The notes under the pieces were generated by a model, which did not search any database, was not told where the DNA came from, and worked only from the letters and a program-made list of their open reading frames with translations. 64,000 bases of DNA from Chloroflexota bacterium. GTDB lineage: Bacteria > Chloroflexota > Limnocylindria > Limnocylindrales > CSP1-4. The position numbers and the translations under genes were made by a program. Below are positions 9,821-19,406 of this stretch, piece after piece; the first letter of the stretch is position 1; the number at the start of each line of letters is the position of its first letter. The stretch covers positions 618,157 through 682,156 of the forward strand of contig CANJLL010000001.1 of NCBI GenBank assembly GCA_947475545.1, given 5' to 3'.

Positions 9821-10216
9821 TCAGCAGCTGAACGGCGACGGGGACGCCGGGACGGCCGGGCTCACCTCCAGCCGGACCCTGACGCCGTCGGTCCCATCAG
9901 CCTGAAACGTATTGGCGTAGATGGGGACCTGATCCGGGATCCGCGACACCTCGACGCGCCACGGCATCGCAGGAACCCGGTAGTTCCCGAACTGGGCCAC
10001 ATTCGGTGTGGCACCCTGATCCACGTCAACCACCGGCTCTCCGTTGATCGAGATCCGGAGCGCGAAACCTGTGGCGTTCTCGATCACAACGTGAAACCCG
10101 CCGCAGGCCTTCGGCGCTGAGGGGCCGATCGGCGTGGTCACGGGCGCGGCGGAGGTACAGCCCGCCACCAGGAGGAGCATCAGGACGAGAGCAGTGACCC
10201 GACGGATGACCGCCAC
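9821..10216 (-). CDS. Putative lipoprotein.
   Basis: Signal peptide plus lipobox MLLLVAGC↓TSA, then a small beta-rich body. No known domain recognised. Confidence 0.45.
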   Translation of the reverse strand: MAVIRRVTALVLMLLLVAGCTSAAPVTTPIGPSAPKACGGFHVVIENATGFALRISINGEPVVDVDQGATPNVAQFGNYRVPAMPWRVEVSRIPDQVPIYANTFQADGTDGVRVRLEVSPAVPASPSPFSC

Positions 10217-10227
10217 GGCGTCCTCCC

Positions 10228-11514
10228 CTAGCCGTGCGTGTGCGACGCCTCGGCTCGGGCGATGGTGTCCGCCAGCTCACCCACCGGCACCAGCGTCTGC
10301 GTGGCGGCGCGCAGGTCGCGCAGCGTGACGTTGCCGTCGGCCAGCTCGTCGCCCAGGATCACCGCGAAGTGTGCCCCGTCGCGGACGGCGGCCTCCAACT
10401 GCTTGCCCAGCTTGCGTCGGCCCAGCTCGGCCCGCGCCGCAATCCCCGCCCCCCGCAGGTCCGTGGCGACCCGCAGCCGGCCCACCGTGTCGTCCGGGTC
10501 AGCGCCCACCACCACGGCCACCGGCGCCGGCTCCGCGTCGGACGCCCCGCCCGTCTCCGCGAGCGCCAGGACCAGCCGGTCCAGCCCGATTCCGAAGCCG
10601 ATCCCGGGCGTGGGCCGTCCGCCCAGCAGCTCGATCAGCCCGTCATACCGGCCGCCGCCGCCCAGCGCCTGCTGCTGGCCCTCGCGGCCCGTCTTGTAGA
10701 ACTCGAACGCCGTCCGGGTGTAGTAGTCCAGGCCGCGGACCAGCGATGGCTCCAGCCGGTAGGCCACGCCCAGGGCATCCAGGTGCGCGCGGACGCCCGC
10801 CAGGTGCGCGGCGCACGCGTCACACAGGAACTCGGTGATCCGCGGCGCGGCGGCGTTCAGGGCGGTCATCGCCGGGTCCTTGGAATCCGGCAGGCGCAGC
10901 ACGTTCCGGTCGAGGCGCTCGCGCTCCAGCGGCGGCAGGGCATCAACGTGCCCCCGGTAGTAGTCCGTGAGCGCGGCGATGAACGACGGCCGGCACGCCC
11001 CGTCGCCGATGGAGTTAAGGAGCACCTCCACGCCGTCCAGCCCCGCCTCGCGGTAGAAGCGGAAGCCCAGCTCGATGATCTCCGCGTCGATCGCCGGCCC
11101 GGGATCACCGATCGCCTCCACGTCGAACTGGACGAACTGGCGATAGCGGCCGGCCTGCGGGCGGTCGTACCGGAACATGGGCCCCGTCTGGGTCAGCTTC
11201 ACCGGCTGCGGCCACGTCTGCATCCCGTGCTGGACGTAGGCCCGCATGATCCCGGCGGTGGGCTCGGGGCGGAGCGCCCAGCGCTCCGATTCCTCGGTCC
11301 GTGGCGCCAGCCGGAACAGCTCCTTCTGGACCACGTCGGTGACCTCGCCGATCCCGCGCTCGAACACGTCCGCCAGCTCGAACAGGGGCGTCGTGATCTC
11401 CCGGTAGCCGTAGCGGGCCGCGAGGTCGCGGGCGAGGGCTTCGAGGCGGGCCCAGGTTGGGCGTTCGGCCGGCAGCAGGTCGCGGGTGCCCCGCGGGGCT
11501 CGGTAGGTGGGCAT
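10228..11514 (-). CDS. hisS: Histidyl-tRNA synthetase.
   Basis: Class II motifs (RGTRDLLP, FRYDRPQAGRYRQFVQFDVE, GGGRYDGL) and the C-terminal anticodon-binding domain. Confidence 0.95.
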   Translation of the reverse strand: MPTYRAPRGTRDLLPAERPTWARLEALARDLAARYGYREITTPLFELADVFERGIGEVTDVVQKELFRLAPRTEESERWALRPEPTAGIMRAYVQHGMQTWPQPVKLTQTGPMFRYDRPQAGRYRQFVQFDVEAIGDPGPAIDAEIIELGFRFYREAGLDGVEVLLNSIGDGACRPSFIAALTDYYRGHVDALPPLERERLDRNVLRLPDSKDPAMTALNAAAPRITEFLCDACAAHLAGVRAHLDALGVAYRLEPSLVRGLDYYTRTAFEFYKTGREGQQQALGGGGRYDGLIELLGGRPTPGIGFGIGLDRLVLALAETGGASDAEPAPVAVVVGADPDDTVGRLRVATDLRGAGIAARAELGRRKLGKQLEAAVRDGAHFAVILGDELADGNVTLRDLRAATQTLVPVGELADTIARAEASHTHG

Positions 11515-11596
11515 GGCCCAAGTCTACGAGACAAGGCCGGCGGCGGGCCGCCCGGAGACTGCGCCGCCCCCGCCGCAGGCCGGCGCCTGAGCCGCC

Positions 11597-13846
11597 CTAC
11601 CCCAGGTCGCGCGAGACCGAGCGCACGTCGCGCAGCTGCTCGATGCGCCGGAAGACGCGGGCCAGCTGGCTGACGGAGGCCACCTGGATGGTGGCGCGGA
11701 CCACCGCGACCCGGTCGGGGTTGACCGTGACGCTCGCGGCGACGATGTTGACCTTGGCCTCCGCGACGATCTGGCTGATGTCGGACAGCAGGCCAGTTCG
11801 GTCGTAGGCCTCGACGCGGATCGCGATCGGATACGAATCGGTGGGCGCTCCCTCCCACTCCACGTCGATCAGGCGGCCCACCTCGCGCTCGTTGACCACC
11901 GTCGCGCAGCTCTGCTGATGCACGGTGACCCCCTTGCCGCGGGTGATGAAGCCGATGATGGGGTCGCCCGGGATGGGGTGGCAGCACTTGGCGAAGCGGG
12001 TCAGGAGATCCCCTACCCCCTTGACCCGGACCCCGCCCGTCCGCGGCGGTGTCGGCGGGGCGATGGTGGGCAGGACGAACTGCGCGTCGTCCACGACCCC
12101 CAGCTTCATCACCACCTGCTGGGCGCTGGGCGCGCCGTACCCGACGGCGGCGTAGAAGTCGTCCATGGTCTCGAAGCTGAACTGCTTGGCCACCTCGGCC
12201 AGACGCTCCGGCCCAACAGCCGCGGCCGACGTCCGCGCGAGGCGGCGGAGCTCGCGTTCCAGCGCCTCCCGCCCGTGGACGATGTTCTCGTCGCGGTCCT
12301 TGCGCTTGAACCACTGCCGGATCTTCTCCCGGGCATGGGACGTCCGGACCAGCGTCATCCAGTCGCGCGATGGGCCATGCTCGCCCTTGGTGGTCACGAT
12401 CTCGACGATGTCGCCGTTCTTGAGCCGGTAGTCCAGCGGGACGAGCCGGTTGTTGACCTTGGCCCCGATGGTCCGGTGGCCGACGTCGGTGTGGACCCGG
12501 TAGGCGAAGTCCAGCGGGGTCGCGCCGGCCGGCAGGTCCTTGATGTCGCCCTTGGGCGTGAAGACGAACACCTGGTCCTGGAAGATGTCGAGCTTGATCC
12601 CCTCGACAAAGTCCGTGGCATCCGTCGCATCGCGCTGCCAGTCCATCAGCTGGCGGAGCCAGGCAAGTTTCGCGTCGTACGCCCGATCGGCCTTGGTGCC
12701 GTCCTTGTAGCGCCAGTGCGCGGCGATGCCCACCTCGCTGACCTGGTGCATCTGCTGGGTGCGGATCTGGATCTCCAGCGGCTTGCCCTCGTACGCGATC
12801 ACCGCCGTGTGGAGCGACTGGTAGAGGTTGTTCTTGGGGACGGCGATGTAGTCGTCGAACTGGCCGGGGATGGGCCGCCAGAGCGCGTGGACGATGCCCA
12901 GGGTGGCGTAGCAGTCGCGCACGTCGTCGACCAGCACGCGGATCGCGTAGACGTCGTAGATGTCCTCGAAGTCGGCCTGCTTCCGCTGCATCTTCTTGTA
13001 GATGCTGTAGATGTGCTTGGGTCGCCCGCCAAGGTCCGCCTTGACGCCGGCAGCCTCCAGCCTGGGCCGGAGCTCCTCGATGGCACGGTCGATGAAGCCC
13101 TCCCGGTTCTTGCGCCGGGTGTCGAGGAGGCGGGCGAGCTCGCGGAAGTGCTCGGGCTCCAGCGTCTTGAACGAGAGGTCTTCCAGCTCCCACTTGATCT
13201 GCCAGATCCCAAGCCGCTCGGCAAGCGGGGCGTAGATCTCGATTGTCTGGCGGGCGATGCGCTGCTGCTTCTCCAGCGGGAGGGCGGTCAGCGTCCGCAT
13301 GTTGTGGAGCCGGTCGGCGAGCTTGACGAGCACGACGCGGATGTCGTCGGCCATCGCCAGGAGCATCTTCCGGATGTTCTCGGCCTGCCGCTGCTCGTGG
13401 CTGTGCGTGCTGAACTTGGACAGCTTGGTGACGCCGTCGACGAGGTGGGCCACCTCCGCGCCAAAGCGTTCCTCGACCTCCGCCAGCGAGACTTCGGTGT
13501 CCTCCGGGACGTCGTGGAGCAGCGCGGCCTGGATGGCGATTGGGTCAATCCCCAGCTCCGCGAGGATCCAGGACGTCGCGATCGGGTGCAGCACGTACGG
13601 CTCGCCGGAGGCGCGGCGCTGACCGTCGTGGGCGACCACCGCCAGGTCGAATGCCCGCTCGATGGGGCCGAGGTCCGCCTGCGGGTAGTGGTCCGCGATC
13701 AGCGCGAGGAGGTCTCGACGCAGCAATGGCAGGTCTGCCAGCGTGCCGACACCCGGCGCGCCAAAGGCCGTGACGGGCGCCATGGGCCGATTGCCACGCG
13801 GTCGGGGCGCGGCCGTCGTCTCGGGCTTGAGTGGCTCGACGGTCAT
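11597..13846 (-). CDS. relA: Bifunctional (p)ppGpp synthetase/hydrolase Rel/SpoT.
   Basis: HD hydrolase domain (HLVDGVTKL...), synthetase domain (RPKHIYSIYKKM...DIYAIRVLV), TGS and ACT domains. 749 aa. Confidence 0.95.
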   Translation of the reverse strand: MTVEPLKPETTAAPRPRGNRPMAPVTAFGAPGVGTLADLPLLRRDLLALIADHYPQADLGPIERAFDLAVVAHDGQRRASGEPYVLHPIATSWILAELGIDPIAIQAALLHDVPEDTEVSLAEVEERFGAEVAHLVDGVTKLSKFSTHSHEQRQAENIRKMLLAMADDIRVVLVKLADRLHNMRTLTALPLEKQQRIARQTIEIYAPLAERLGIWQIKWELEDLSFKTLEPEHFRELARLLDTRRKNREGFIDRAIEELRPRLEAAGVKADLGGRPKHIYSIYKKMQRKQADFEDIYDVYAIRVLVDDVRDCYATLGIVHALWRPIPGQFDDYIAVPKNNLYQSLHTAVIAYEGKPLEIQIRTQQMHQVSEVGIAAHWRYKDGTKADRAYDAKLAWLRQLMDWQRDATDATDFVEGIKLDIFQDQVFVFTPKGDIKDLPAGATPLDFAYRVHTDVGHRTIGAKVNNRLVPLDYRLKNGDIVEIVTTKGEHGPSRDWMTLVRTSHAREKIRQWFKRKDRDENIVHGREALERELRRLARTSAAAVGPERLAEVAKQFSFETMDDFYAAVGYGAPSAQQVVMKLGVVDDAQFVLPTIAPPTPPRTGGVRVKGVGDLLTRFAKCCHPIPGDPIIGFITRGKGVTVHQQSCATVVNEREVGRLIDVEWEGAPTDSYPIAIRVEAYDRTGLLSDISQIVAEAKVNIVAASVTVNPDRVAVVRATIQVASVSQLARVFRRIEQLRDVRSVSRDLG

Positions 13847-13889
13847 GGTTTCCGCAGTCTACCAGCGGCCAACGGGCGCTCCGCCCGGA

Positions 13890-15527
13890 TCACCGGCCGT
13901 CGCCGTAGCCCAGCAATGCGAGCGCCCGCCTGGCTTCCGCGACCTCGTCCCACGGCCGGGCGCCCGTCGGGCCGATGATCGAGGTCTCGTGACCCTTCCC
14001 GGCGAGCAGCAGCACGTCGCCCGGACGCGCCCGCTCCATGGCCGCCTGGATCGCCTCACCGCGATCCGCGATGAGCAGGAGATCGGTCCCGCGGCGTCGT
14101 CCCACCCGCTCCGCGCCCGCCGCGATCTGGTCGAGGATGGCCTCACGGTCCTCGGTGCGGGGATCCTCGTCGGTGACCACGACCAGCCGGCAGCGCTCGC
14201 CAGCGACGCGGCCCATCATCGGCCGCTTGGCCGTGTCGCGCTCCCCCGCCGACCCGAAGACGGCGATGACGCCGCCACCGCTCGCGGCAGCCAGCGGGCC
14301 GAGCAGGTCCAGCGCGGCCGTCAACGCAGCCGGGGTGTGCGCGTAGTCGACGATCACGCCGAACGGCTGGCCTGCCTCGACGCGCTGCATCCGCCCCGGA
14401 ACGGCTTCGACCGACTCCAGGCCGGCCCGGATCGCCGCGGGGTCCAGCGAGAGGGCCTCGCCCAGCGCGACCACGGCGAGGGCGTTGTGGGCATTGAATC
14501 GGCCGGCCAGGCGGAGGTCCAGCGTGCCAGCGCCGCCGGGGGCCTCGAAGCGCACGCGCAGGCGGCGCCGGTCCTCCTCGATCGCGATCGCCCGCACATC
14601 GGCGGCGACATCGGTGCCGTACGTGAGGACGCGGGCGCCAGCCAGGCGGGCCGCCCCGATGAACGCGGGGGCCGATGGGTCGTCGAGGTTCACGATGCCT
14701 GATCGGGGCCAGCCGGGCGTCGGTTTGGCGGGGCTCGCCGAGCCCACGGCCAGGCGCTCGAAGAGGGACCGCTTGGCCGCGAGGTAGGCGTCGAAGGTCC
14801 GGTGGAACTCGAGGTGTTCATGCGTCAGGTTGGTCAGGATCGCCACGTCGTAGGCGACCTCGGCGACGCGCTCCTGGGCCAGGCCGTGGGAGGTGGTCTC
14901 GACCACCGCTGCCGCGTCACCGGCGTCGACCATGGCCCGCAACATCGCCTGGACGGTGGGCGCCTCGGGGGTGGTCGCGTGGACGTCGTTGGCGGCCCGA
15001 ACCCGGCCAATCTGCGTGTCCACGGTGCCGATCAGGCCGGTTGCGATGCCGGCGGCCTCGAGCGCCGCGACCGCGAGGAACGACGTCGTGGTCTTGCCGT
15101 CGGTGCCGGTGATCCCTACAACGCCCAGGCTCCGCGAGGGATCGCCATACCACCACGCCGCTGCCGTCGCCAGGGCGCGACGGGTGCTCCGGACCAGGAC
15201 CTGCGGCAGGCTCACGCCCAGCACCACCCGCTCCACCAGGGCGGCAGCAGCGCCCGCCGCGGCGGCCCTGGCCACGTAGTCGTGGCCGTCGGCGTGTTCG
15301 CCGGGGACGGCAATGAACAGGTGGCCCGGCCTGACCGCGCGCGAATCGAACGCCAACCCGGCGATCGCGATGCCGAGACGGGACCCGCTCGAGGCCGCAC
15401 CGGCCACGTGTCCGCCGCCCGCCGCCGCCACCTGGTCCCCGGCACGAAGGCGCTCCACCAGGTCGAGCAACGGGCGCGGCGACCCGGGCTCCACGGCGGC
15501 CAGCAGCTCCTCGATCGCTCGGCTCAT
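13890..15527 (-). CDS. murE: UDP-N-acetylmuramoyl-L-alanyl-D-glutamate–diamino acid ligase (MurE).
   Basis: Mur ligase motifs GITGTDGKTTT, ATTPEAPTVQ, DEDPR and GKGHE. The C-terminus overlaps femX in an ATGA. Confidence 0.85.
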   Translation of the reverse strand: MSRAIEELLAAVEPGSPRPLLDLVERLRAGDQVAAAGGGHVAGAASSGSRLGIAIAGLAFDSRAVRPGHLFIAVPGEHADGHDYVARAAAAGAAAALVERVVLGVSLPQVLVRSTRRALATAAAWWYGDPSRSLGVVGITGTDGKTTTSFLAVAALEAAGIATGLIGTVDTQIGRVRAANDVHATTPEAPTVQAMLRAMVDAGDAAAVVETTSHGLAQERVAEVAYDVAILTNLTHEHLEFHRTFDAYLAAKRSLFERLAVGSASPAKPTPGWPRSGIVNLDDPSAPAFIGAARLAGARVLTYGTDVAADVRAIAIEEDRRRLRVRFEAPGGAGTLDLRLAGRFNAHNALAVVALGEALSLDPAAIRAGLESVEAVPGRMQRVEAGQPFGVIVDYAHTPAALTAALDLLGPLAAASGGGVIAVFGSAGERDTAKRPMMGRVAGERCRLVVVTDEDPRTEDREAILDQIAAGAERVGRRRGTDLLLIADRGEAIQAAMERARPGDVLLLAGKGHETSIIGPTGARPWDEVAEARRALALLGYGDGR

Positions 15528-16627
15528 CGCCCTGGTCCCGCGACCCTGGCCGCCACCCGCACCAGCGACAGGTGGCGCGGGCGAAGCACCCGCTCGTGCG
15601 CCCCTACCTGCTCGACGAACCGCGCCCCAAACGACAGCTTGTGCTGGTAGAGGCCGAACATCGGGTCCCCGGGCCGCGGCTCGTGGCGCGCGCCGGCGAC
15701 ATCCACGCCACCCAGGTCCATCTCCGCGCGCCCCTCGCGGGCGGCCAGCTGGATCGCGCGCCAGCGGAGCAGGTGGAGGACCCCGGGATGGTCGGCGCGC
15801 GCGGCCGCATCGTCGCCGGAGATCGCCGTCGAGAGGCGATCACCCTGGCGATAGAGCAGGAGACCCGCGATCGGGGTCACGCCCCCGGGAGCCCGCGCCT
15901 CCAGGTAGAGCGCCAGGCCGTCGGCATGCGCCGCGCGCAGCCACGCGAGGAATGGCCCGACGGGGCCCAACCCAAAGCCCCGCCGCTCCCCCGTGGCGGC
16001 CACCAGGCCGTGGAATTCGGCGAGGGCCGCCTCGAGGTCGCCGCGTAGGCCGGGCTCGAAGCCGGGTCCCGGGCTGGACCCGTCCTCGACCGCTGTGTCG
16101 AACCGGCGGACCACGATCCCCTCGGCCTCGGCCTGCCGGATCCGCTGCCGCGTCTGCTTCGAGACACCCGCCAGGAGCGCCGCTTCGTCCGCCCCGTCGA
16201 TGGCGAGCGACATCCGGTGCCGGTTGGGCTGGACCTCCTCGGCGGGACGGAAGCCCAGGCGCGCCAGCCGGTCCGCGTAGTCGGACGAGGCCGGGAGCTC
16301 TGCGTCCGTCGTGACGACGTCCAGCCCGCGACTCGCCAGCCAGTCCGTGACCGCCGCGAGGCGTGCGGCAACGTGTTCGGGCGTGTCCCCCGCCGTCACG
16401 GGACCGCGCGACAGGTACGCCTGCCCGCCTCCGAGCAAAGGCCATGGCCGGGTGAGCACGAGGACGGCCCGCCCGTCGGCGCAGACCAGGTGGCGGGCGC
16501 GCCAGCCCGTGGCGGCGCGGTGTCGTGCCCAGGCGCGCGACTGGAAGATCTGGCCGCCGGGGACATCCACCGTCAGCTTGTCCCACGCCGCCAGGTCGGC
16601 GGCGGTCGCCTCGCGCACGGCGGTCAT
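15524..16627 (-). CDS. FemAB-family peptidoglycan interpeptide-bridge aminoacyltransferase, copy 1. The start is trimmed to MTAVREAT.
   Basis: FemAB/FemX family fold signature (QSRAWARHRAATGW...LLYRQGDRLSTAISG...FGLYQHKLSFGA). The track ORF's Arg-rich N-terminal 240 aa overlaps the upstream gene and is rejected. The ATG at 16627..16625 overlaps the upstream stop (ATGA). Confidence 0.75.
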   Translation of the reverse strand: MTAVREATAADLAAWDKLTVDVPGGQIFQSRAWARHRAATGWRARHLVCADGRAVLVLTRPWPLLGGGQAYLSRGPVTAGDTPEHVAARLAAVTDWLASRGLDVVTTDAELPASSDYADRLARLGFRPAEEVQPNRHRMSLAIDGADEAALLAGVSKQTRQRIRQAEAEGIVVRRFDTAVEDGSSPGPGFEPGLRGDLEAALAEFHGLVAATGERRGFGLGPVGPFLAWLRAAHADGLALYLEARAPGGVTPIAGLLLYRQGDRLSTAISGDDAAARADHPGVLHLLRWRAIQLAAREGRAEMDLGGVDVAGARHEPRPGDPMFGLYQHKLSFGARFVEQVGAHERVLRPRHLSLVRVAARVAGPGR

Positions 16628-17835
16628 GCCAGGTCGCCGGCGCGCCCCCCGGGGCCCGCGGCCACTCCGCCGGCATCGTCCGGGGCCACGCCCGCGGGGC
16701 CCCCCGCGCCGGCATCGCCCCGGGTAACGCCCACGGCGCCAGCCGCGCCGGGGCCTCCTTCGGCCGCGACGGCGCCGGCCGCCCGCCGCTCCCGGTCCAT
16801 GCGTCGCCGGCTGAGCCGGACCCTGGCGTCCTGGCCTAGCGCGTAGACCCGTCGGCCGAACGGGTTGAGCACCAGGTCCCAGGCCCCGATGTACTCGACA
16901 TCTCGGCCGCCGAAGCCCGTCTTGAAGTGGGCGATCCCCTCGGTCACCTCGCCCCACATGTCGTAGCTGGTGCCGCCGGCCTCGCGGGACGTGCGGATGG
17001 CCTCCCACTTGAGCAGGTAGTTGGCGCGCGATTCGGCGCCGGCCGCCGTCATCCCGCCGTACGGCTCCACGACCCGCGGGCCGCAGCGGACGAGGAAGAG
17101 GGTGGCCTGGCCGCGGCCGTCCGGGGTCTGCGCGAAGAGCAGGCGGGCATTCCCCGCCGGCGCGAAGGCCTCCCAGATGTCGCGGTACGCCGACAGCGCG
17201 CGGATCTGGAAGCCGGCCCGCAGGGCCGTCTCCTGGTAGATGGCATAGAACTCCGGGAGCCGCTCCGCGCCCGCGTCGACCATCGCCAGGCCGGACGCCC
17301 GCGCCTTGTTGACATACTGGCGCCACTTCTTGCGCAGGTCGGCCCACAGCGCGGCCTCATCGGGTCGCAGGTCCACCAGCCTGGTCGAGCGAGGCTGAAT
17401 CGCGGGCGCCGGGCGCCAGCCCGCGTCGCGCAGCGCCGCCCGGAAGGCGCCGTCGGCGTCGTGCGGACCGTCCGCCTCGATCTCCGGGTCGATCCGAAGG
17501 TGCGAGATGGGGCCCGCGATGCGCGGGAGCTGGGCGCGAACGGCGGCCGTGAAGGCGGCAACGCCGGCCGGATCCCAGGAGCTGGCGACGGGGCCGCGGG
17601 GGGCATAGGCAAAGCCCCACGGCAGGGGCCTCGGCCGCGTGACCAGGACCTGCATGCCCATCCGGCCACCAGGGACATCGGCCAGGATGCGGGCCGACCG
17701 CCAGCCGTTCACCGCCTTGACGGTCGCCCAGCCGGCGAACTGGAGGTACGAACCCAGCTCGGTGGACGCGACGAAGTCGTCCCACCGCTCGGGATCGGCG
17801 GCGATCGTGGAGGCCGACGCCTCGGCGGCTGGCAT
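16624..17835 (-). CDS. FemAB-family peptidoglycan interpeptide-bridge aminoacyltransferase, copy 2, with a Gly/Ala-rich C-terminal tail. The start is trimmed to MPAAEASAS.
   Basis: FemAB signatures (QFAGWATVKAVNGWRSARIL...LLKWEAIRTSREAGGTSYDMWG...FKTGFGG). The start codon overlaps the murJ stop (TGATG). Confidence 0.75.
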   Translation of the reverse strand: MPAAEASASTIAADPERWDDFVASTELGSYLQFAGWATVKAVNGWRSARILADVPGGRMGMQVLVTRPRPLPWGFAYAPRGPVASSWDPAGVAAFTAAVRAQLPRIAGPISHLRIDPEIEADGPHDADGAFRAALRDAGWRPAPAIQPRSTRLVDLRPDEAALWADLRKKWRQYVNKARASGLAMVDAGAERLPEFYAIYQETALRAGFQIRALSAYRDIWEAFAPAGNARLLFAQTPDGRGQATLFLVRCGPRVVEPYGGMTAAGAESRANYLLKWEAIRTSREAGGTSYDMWGEVTEGIAHFKTGFGGRDVEYIGAWDLVLNPFGRRVYALGQDARVRLSRRRMDRERRAAGAVAAEGGPGAAGAVGVTRGDAGAGGPAGVAPDDAGGVAAGPGGRAGDLA

Positions 17836-19406
17836 CACGACCGCGCGCGGCGCCGGAGGAGGTCGGTCATGACCGCGACGATAGTTGGCAGCTCGCGGAT
17901 GCGCAATGCGGCCGCCAGGGCGAGGTAGGCCGCGCCGCCCGCAGCCCCGGCCAGGCCGGCCTGGAGCAGGAGCACCGGCCGGGCAGGATCTGGGCCAACG
18001 ACGCCTGCCAGCCCGCCGTTCGCCGCCCAGCTGACGGCGGCCGCCATGACGCTGGCGAGGCTCGCCGCGACCGTCATGCGGAGGACCGGGAGCAGGTCCA
18101 GTTCGGCGTGACGCCGGTCCAGGATCACGAACAGCACGATCGCCTCGATCCATGCCGCGATCGCAATCGCGAGCGCCAGTCCCGCCAGGCCCAGGGGCCC
18201 GACCAGCACCACGGCCAGGCTGGAGTTGATGGCCACCGCCAGGATCGCCGCCGCGACCGGCGTCCGGGTGTCCTGGCCGGCGTAGAACGCCCGGGCCAGC
18301 AGGGCGATCGCCGAGTGAGCGGCGAGGCCCACCAGGAAACAGAGCAGCGCATCCGAGGTCAGCGCGATGGCCCGGTCGTCGAACCGGCCGTAGTCGAAGA
18401 GGAGCGTGACCAGCTCCGTGCGCAGGACCATGCCGATCCCCGTGATCGGCAGCATCACGAAGAGGAGCACCCGGAGCGACCGCGTCAGGAGCTCCAGGAA
18501 GTCCCCCACTGCGCCGGTCGCGAGGTCGCGCGCCATCGACGGGAACACGACCGTTCCCAGCGGGACGCCGATGACGCCGATCGGGATCTGCAGGAGCGTG
18601 AAGGCGAAGTTGAACGCGGAGATGGCTCCCGCCCCCAGCCCGGAGGCCAGCGTCGTGGCCACAACGAACGTGATCTGGCTGGCACCCATTCCGATCGCCC
18701 GCGGCACCATCAGGGCCATTGCCCGACGCGCGGCTGGGTCGGCCGCGTCCAGCGCCGGGCGGTAGCGGAACCCCAGCCGTGCGATCGGCGGGAGCTGGAT
18801 CAGCAGGTTGAGCGCAGATCCGGCGACGACACCGGCCGCCAGGCCGGTCACCCCCATGGCCGGGGCCAGGATGACCGCGCCGCCGATGATCGCGAGGTTG
18901 TACAGGACCGGCGCCAACGCTGCGGCTGCGAACCTGCCCTCGGCGTTGAGCACGCTGGTGGCCACCGCACCCAGCGCCAGGAGAATGGGGCTGGCCAGCA
19001 TGAGCCGCGTCAGACCCACCGTCTGCTCGACCTGCGCGCGGCTGAACCCGGGCGTCATCGCGTCGATCAACTGGGGCGCCAGGACCGCGAGGATGGCCGC
19101 CAGGACCGCGAAGGCGACCAGCATCAGGTTGGTGACGGTGCTCACCACGCGCCAGGCCCGATCACGCTCCCCGGAGGCCAGCAGGCCGGCGACGATGGGG
19201 ATCAGCGCGGAGCCGAGCGCGCCGGCGGCCACCAGCTGGAAGATGAGGTCCGGGATCCGGAAGGCGGCGAAGAAGGTATCCAGCTCGCCCGCCGCGCCGA
19301 ACGTGCCGCCGATGACAACCAGCCGGAGCCAGCCCAGCGCCCGTGACAACAGGAAGGCGGCGGTGACGATCAGGCCCGCCCGGGCAAGCGTTCGGCTGCG
19401 GGTCAC
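17835..19406 (-). CDS. murJ: Lipid II flippase MurJ (MviN). The GTG start overlaps the xerC stop.
   Basis: A 14-TM MOP-superfamily protein with the conserved N-terminus LSRALGWLRLVVIGGTFGAAGELDTFFAAFRIPDL. Confidence 0.85.
   Translation of the reverse strand: MTRSRTLARAGLIVTAAFLLSRALGWLRLVVIGGTFGAAGELDTFFAAFRIPDLIFQLVAAGALGSALIPIVAGLLASGERDRAWRVVSTVTNLMLVAFAVLAAILAVLAPQLIDAMTPGFSRAQVEQTVGLTRLMLASPILLALGAVATSVLNAEGRFAAAALAPVLYNLAIIGGAVILAPAMGVTGLAAGVVAGSALNLLIQLPPIARLGFRYRPALDAADPAARRAMALMVPRAIGMGASQITFVVATTLASGLGAGAISAFNFAFTLLQIPIGVIGVPLGTVVFPSMARDLATGAVGDFLELLTRSLRVLLFVMLPITGIGMVLRTELVTLLFDYGRFDDRAIALTSDALLCFLVGLAAHSAIALLARAFYAGQDTRTPVAAAILAVAINSSLAVVLVGPLGLAGLALAIAIAAWIEAIVLFVILDRRHAELDLLPVLRMTVAASLASVMAAAVSWAANGGLAGVVGPDPARPVLLLQAGLAGAAGGAAYLALAAALRIRELPTIVAVMTDLLRRRARS

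Noticed and set aside
10228-11597. T-box leader upstream of hisS or aspS.
   Set aside because: The upstream gaps are 83 nt and 121 nt, too short for a T-box riboswitch. No specifier or T-box sequence was seen.
15524-18153. The long forms of the two FemAB ORFs (607 and 509 aa), which overlap each other by 724 nt.
   Set aside because: The N-terminal 240 and 106 residues are low-complexity Arg/Gly junk. Trimming to the internal Met at 16627 and 17835 gives non-overlapping, coupled genes with family-typical lengths.
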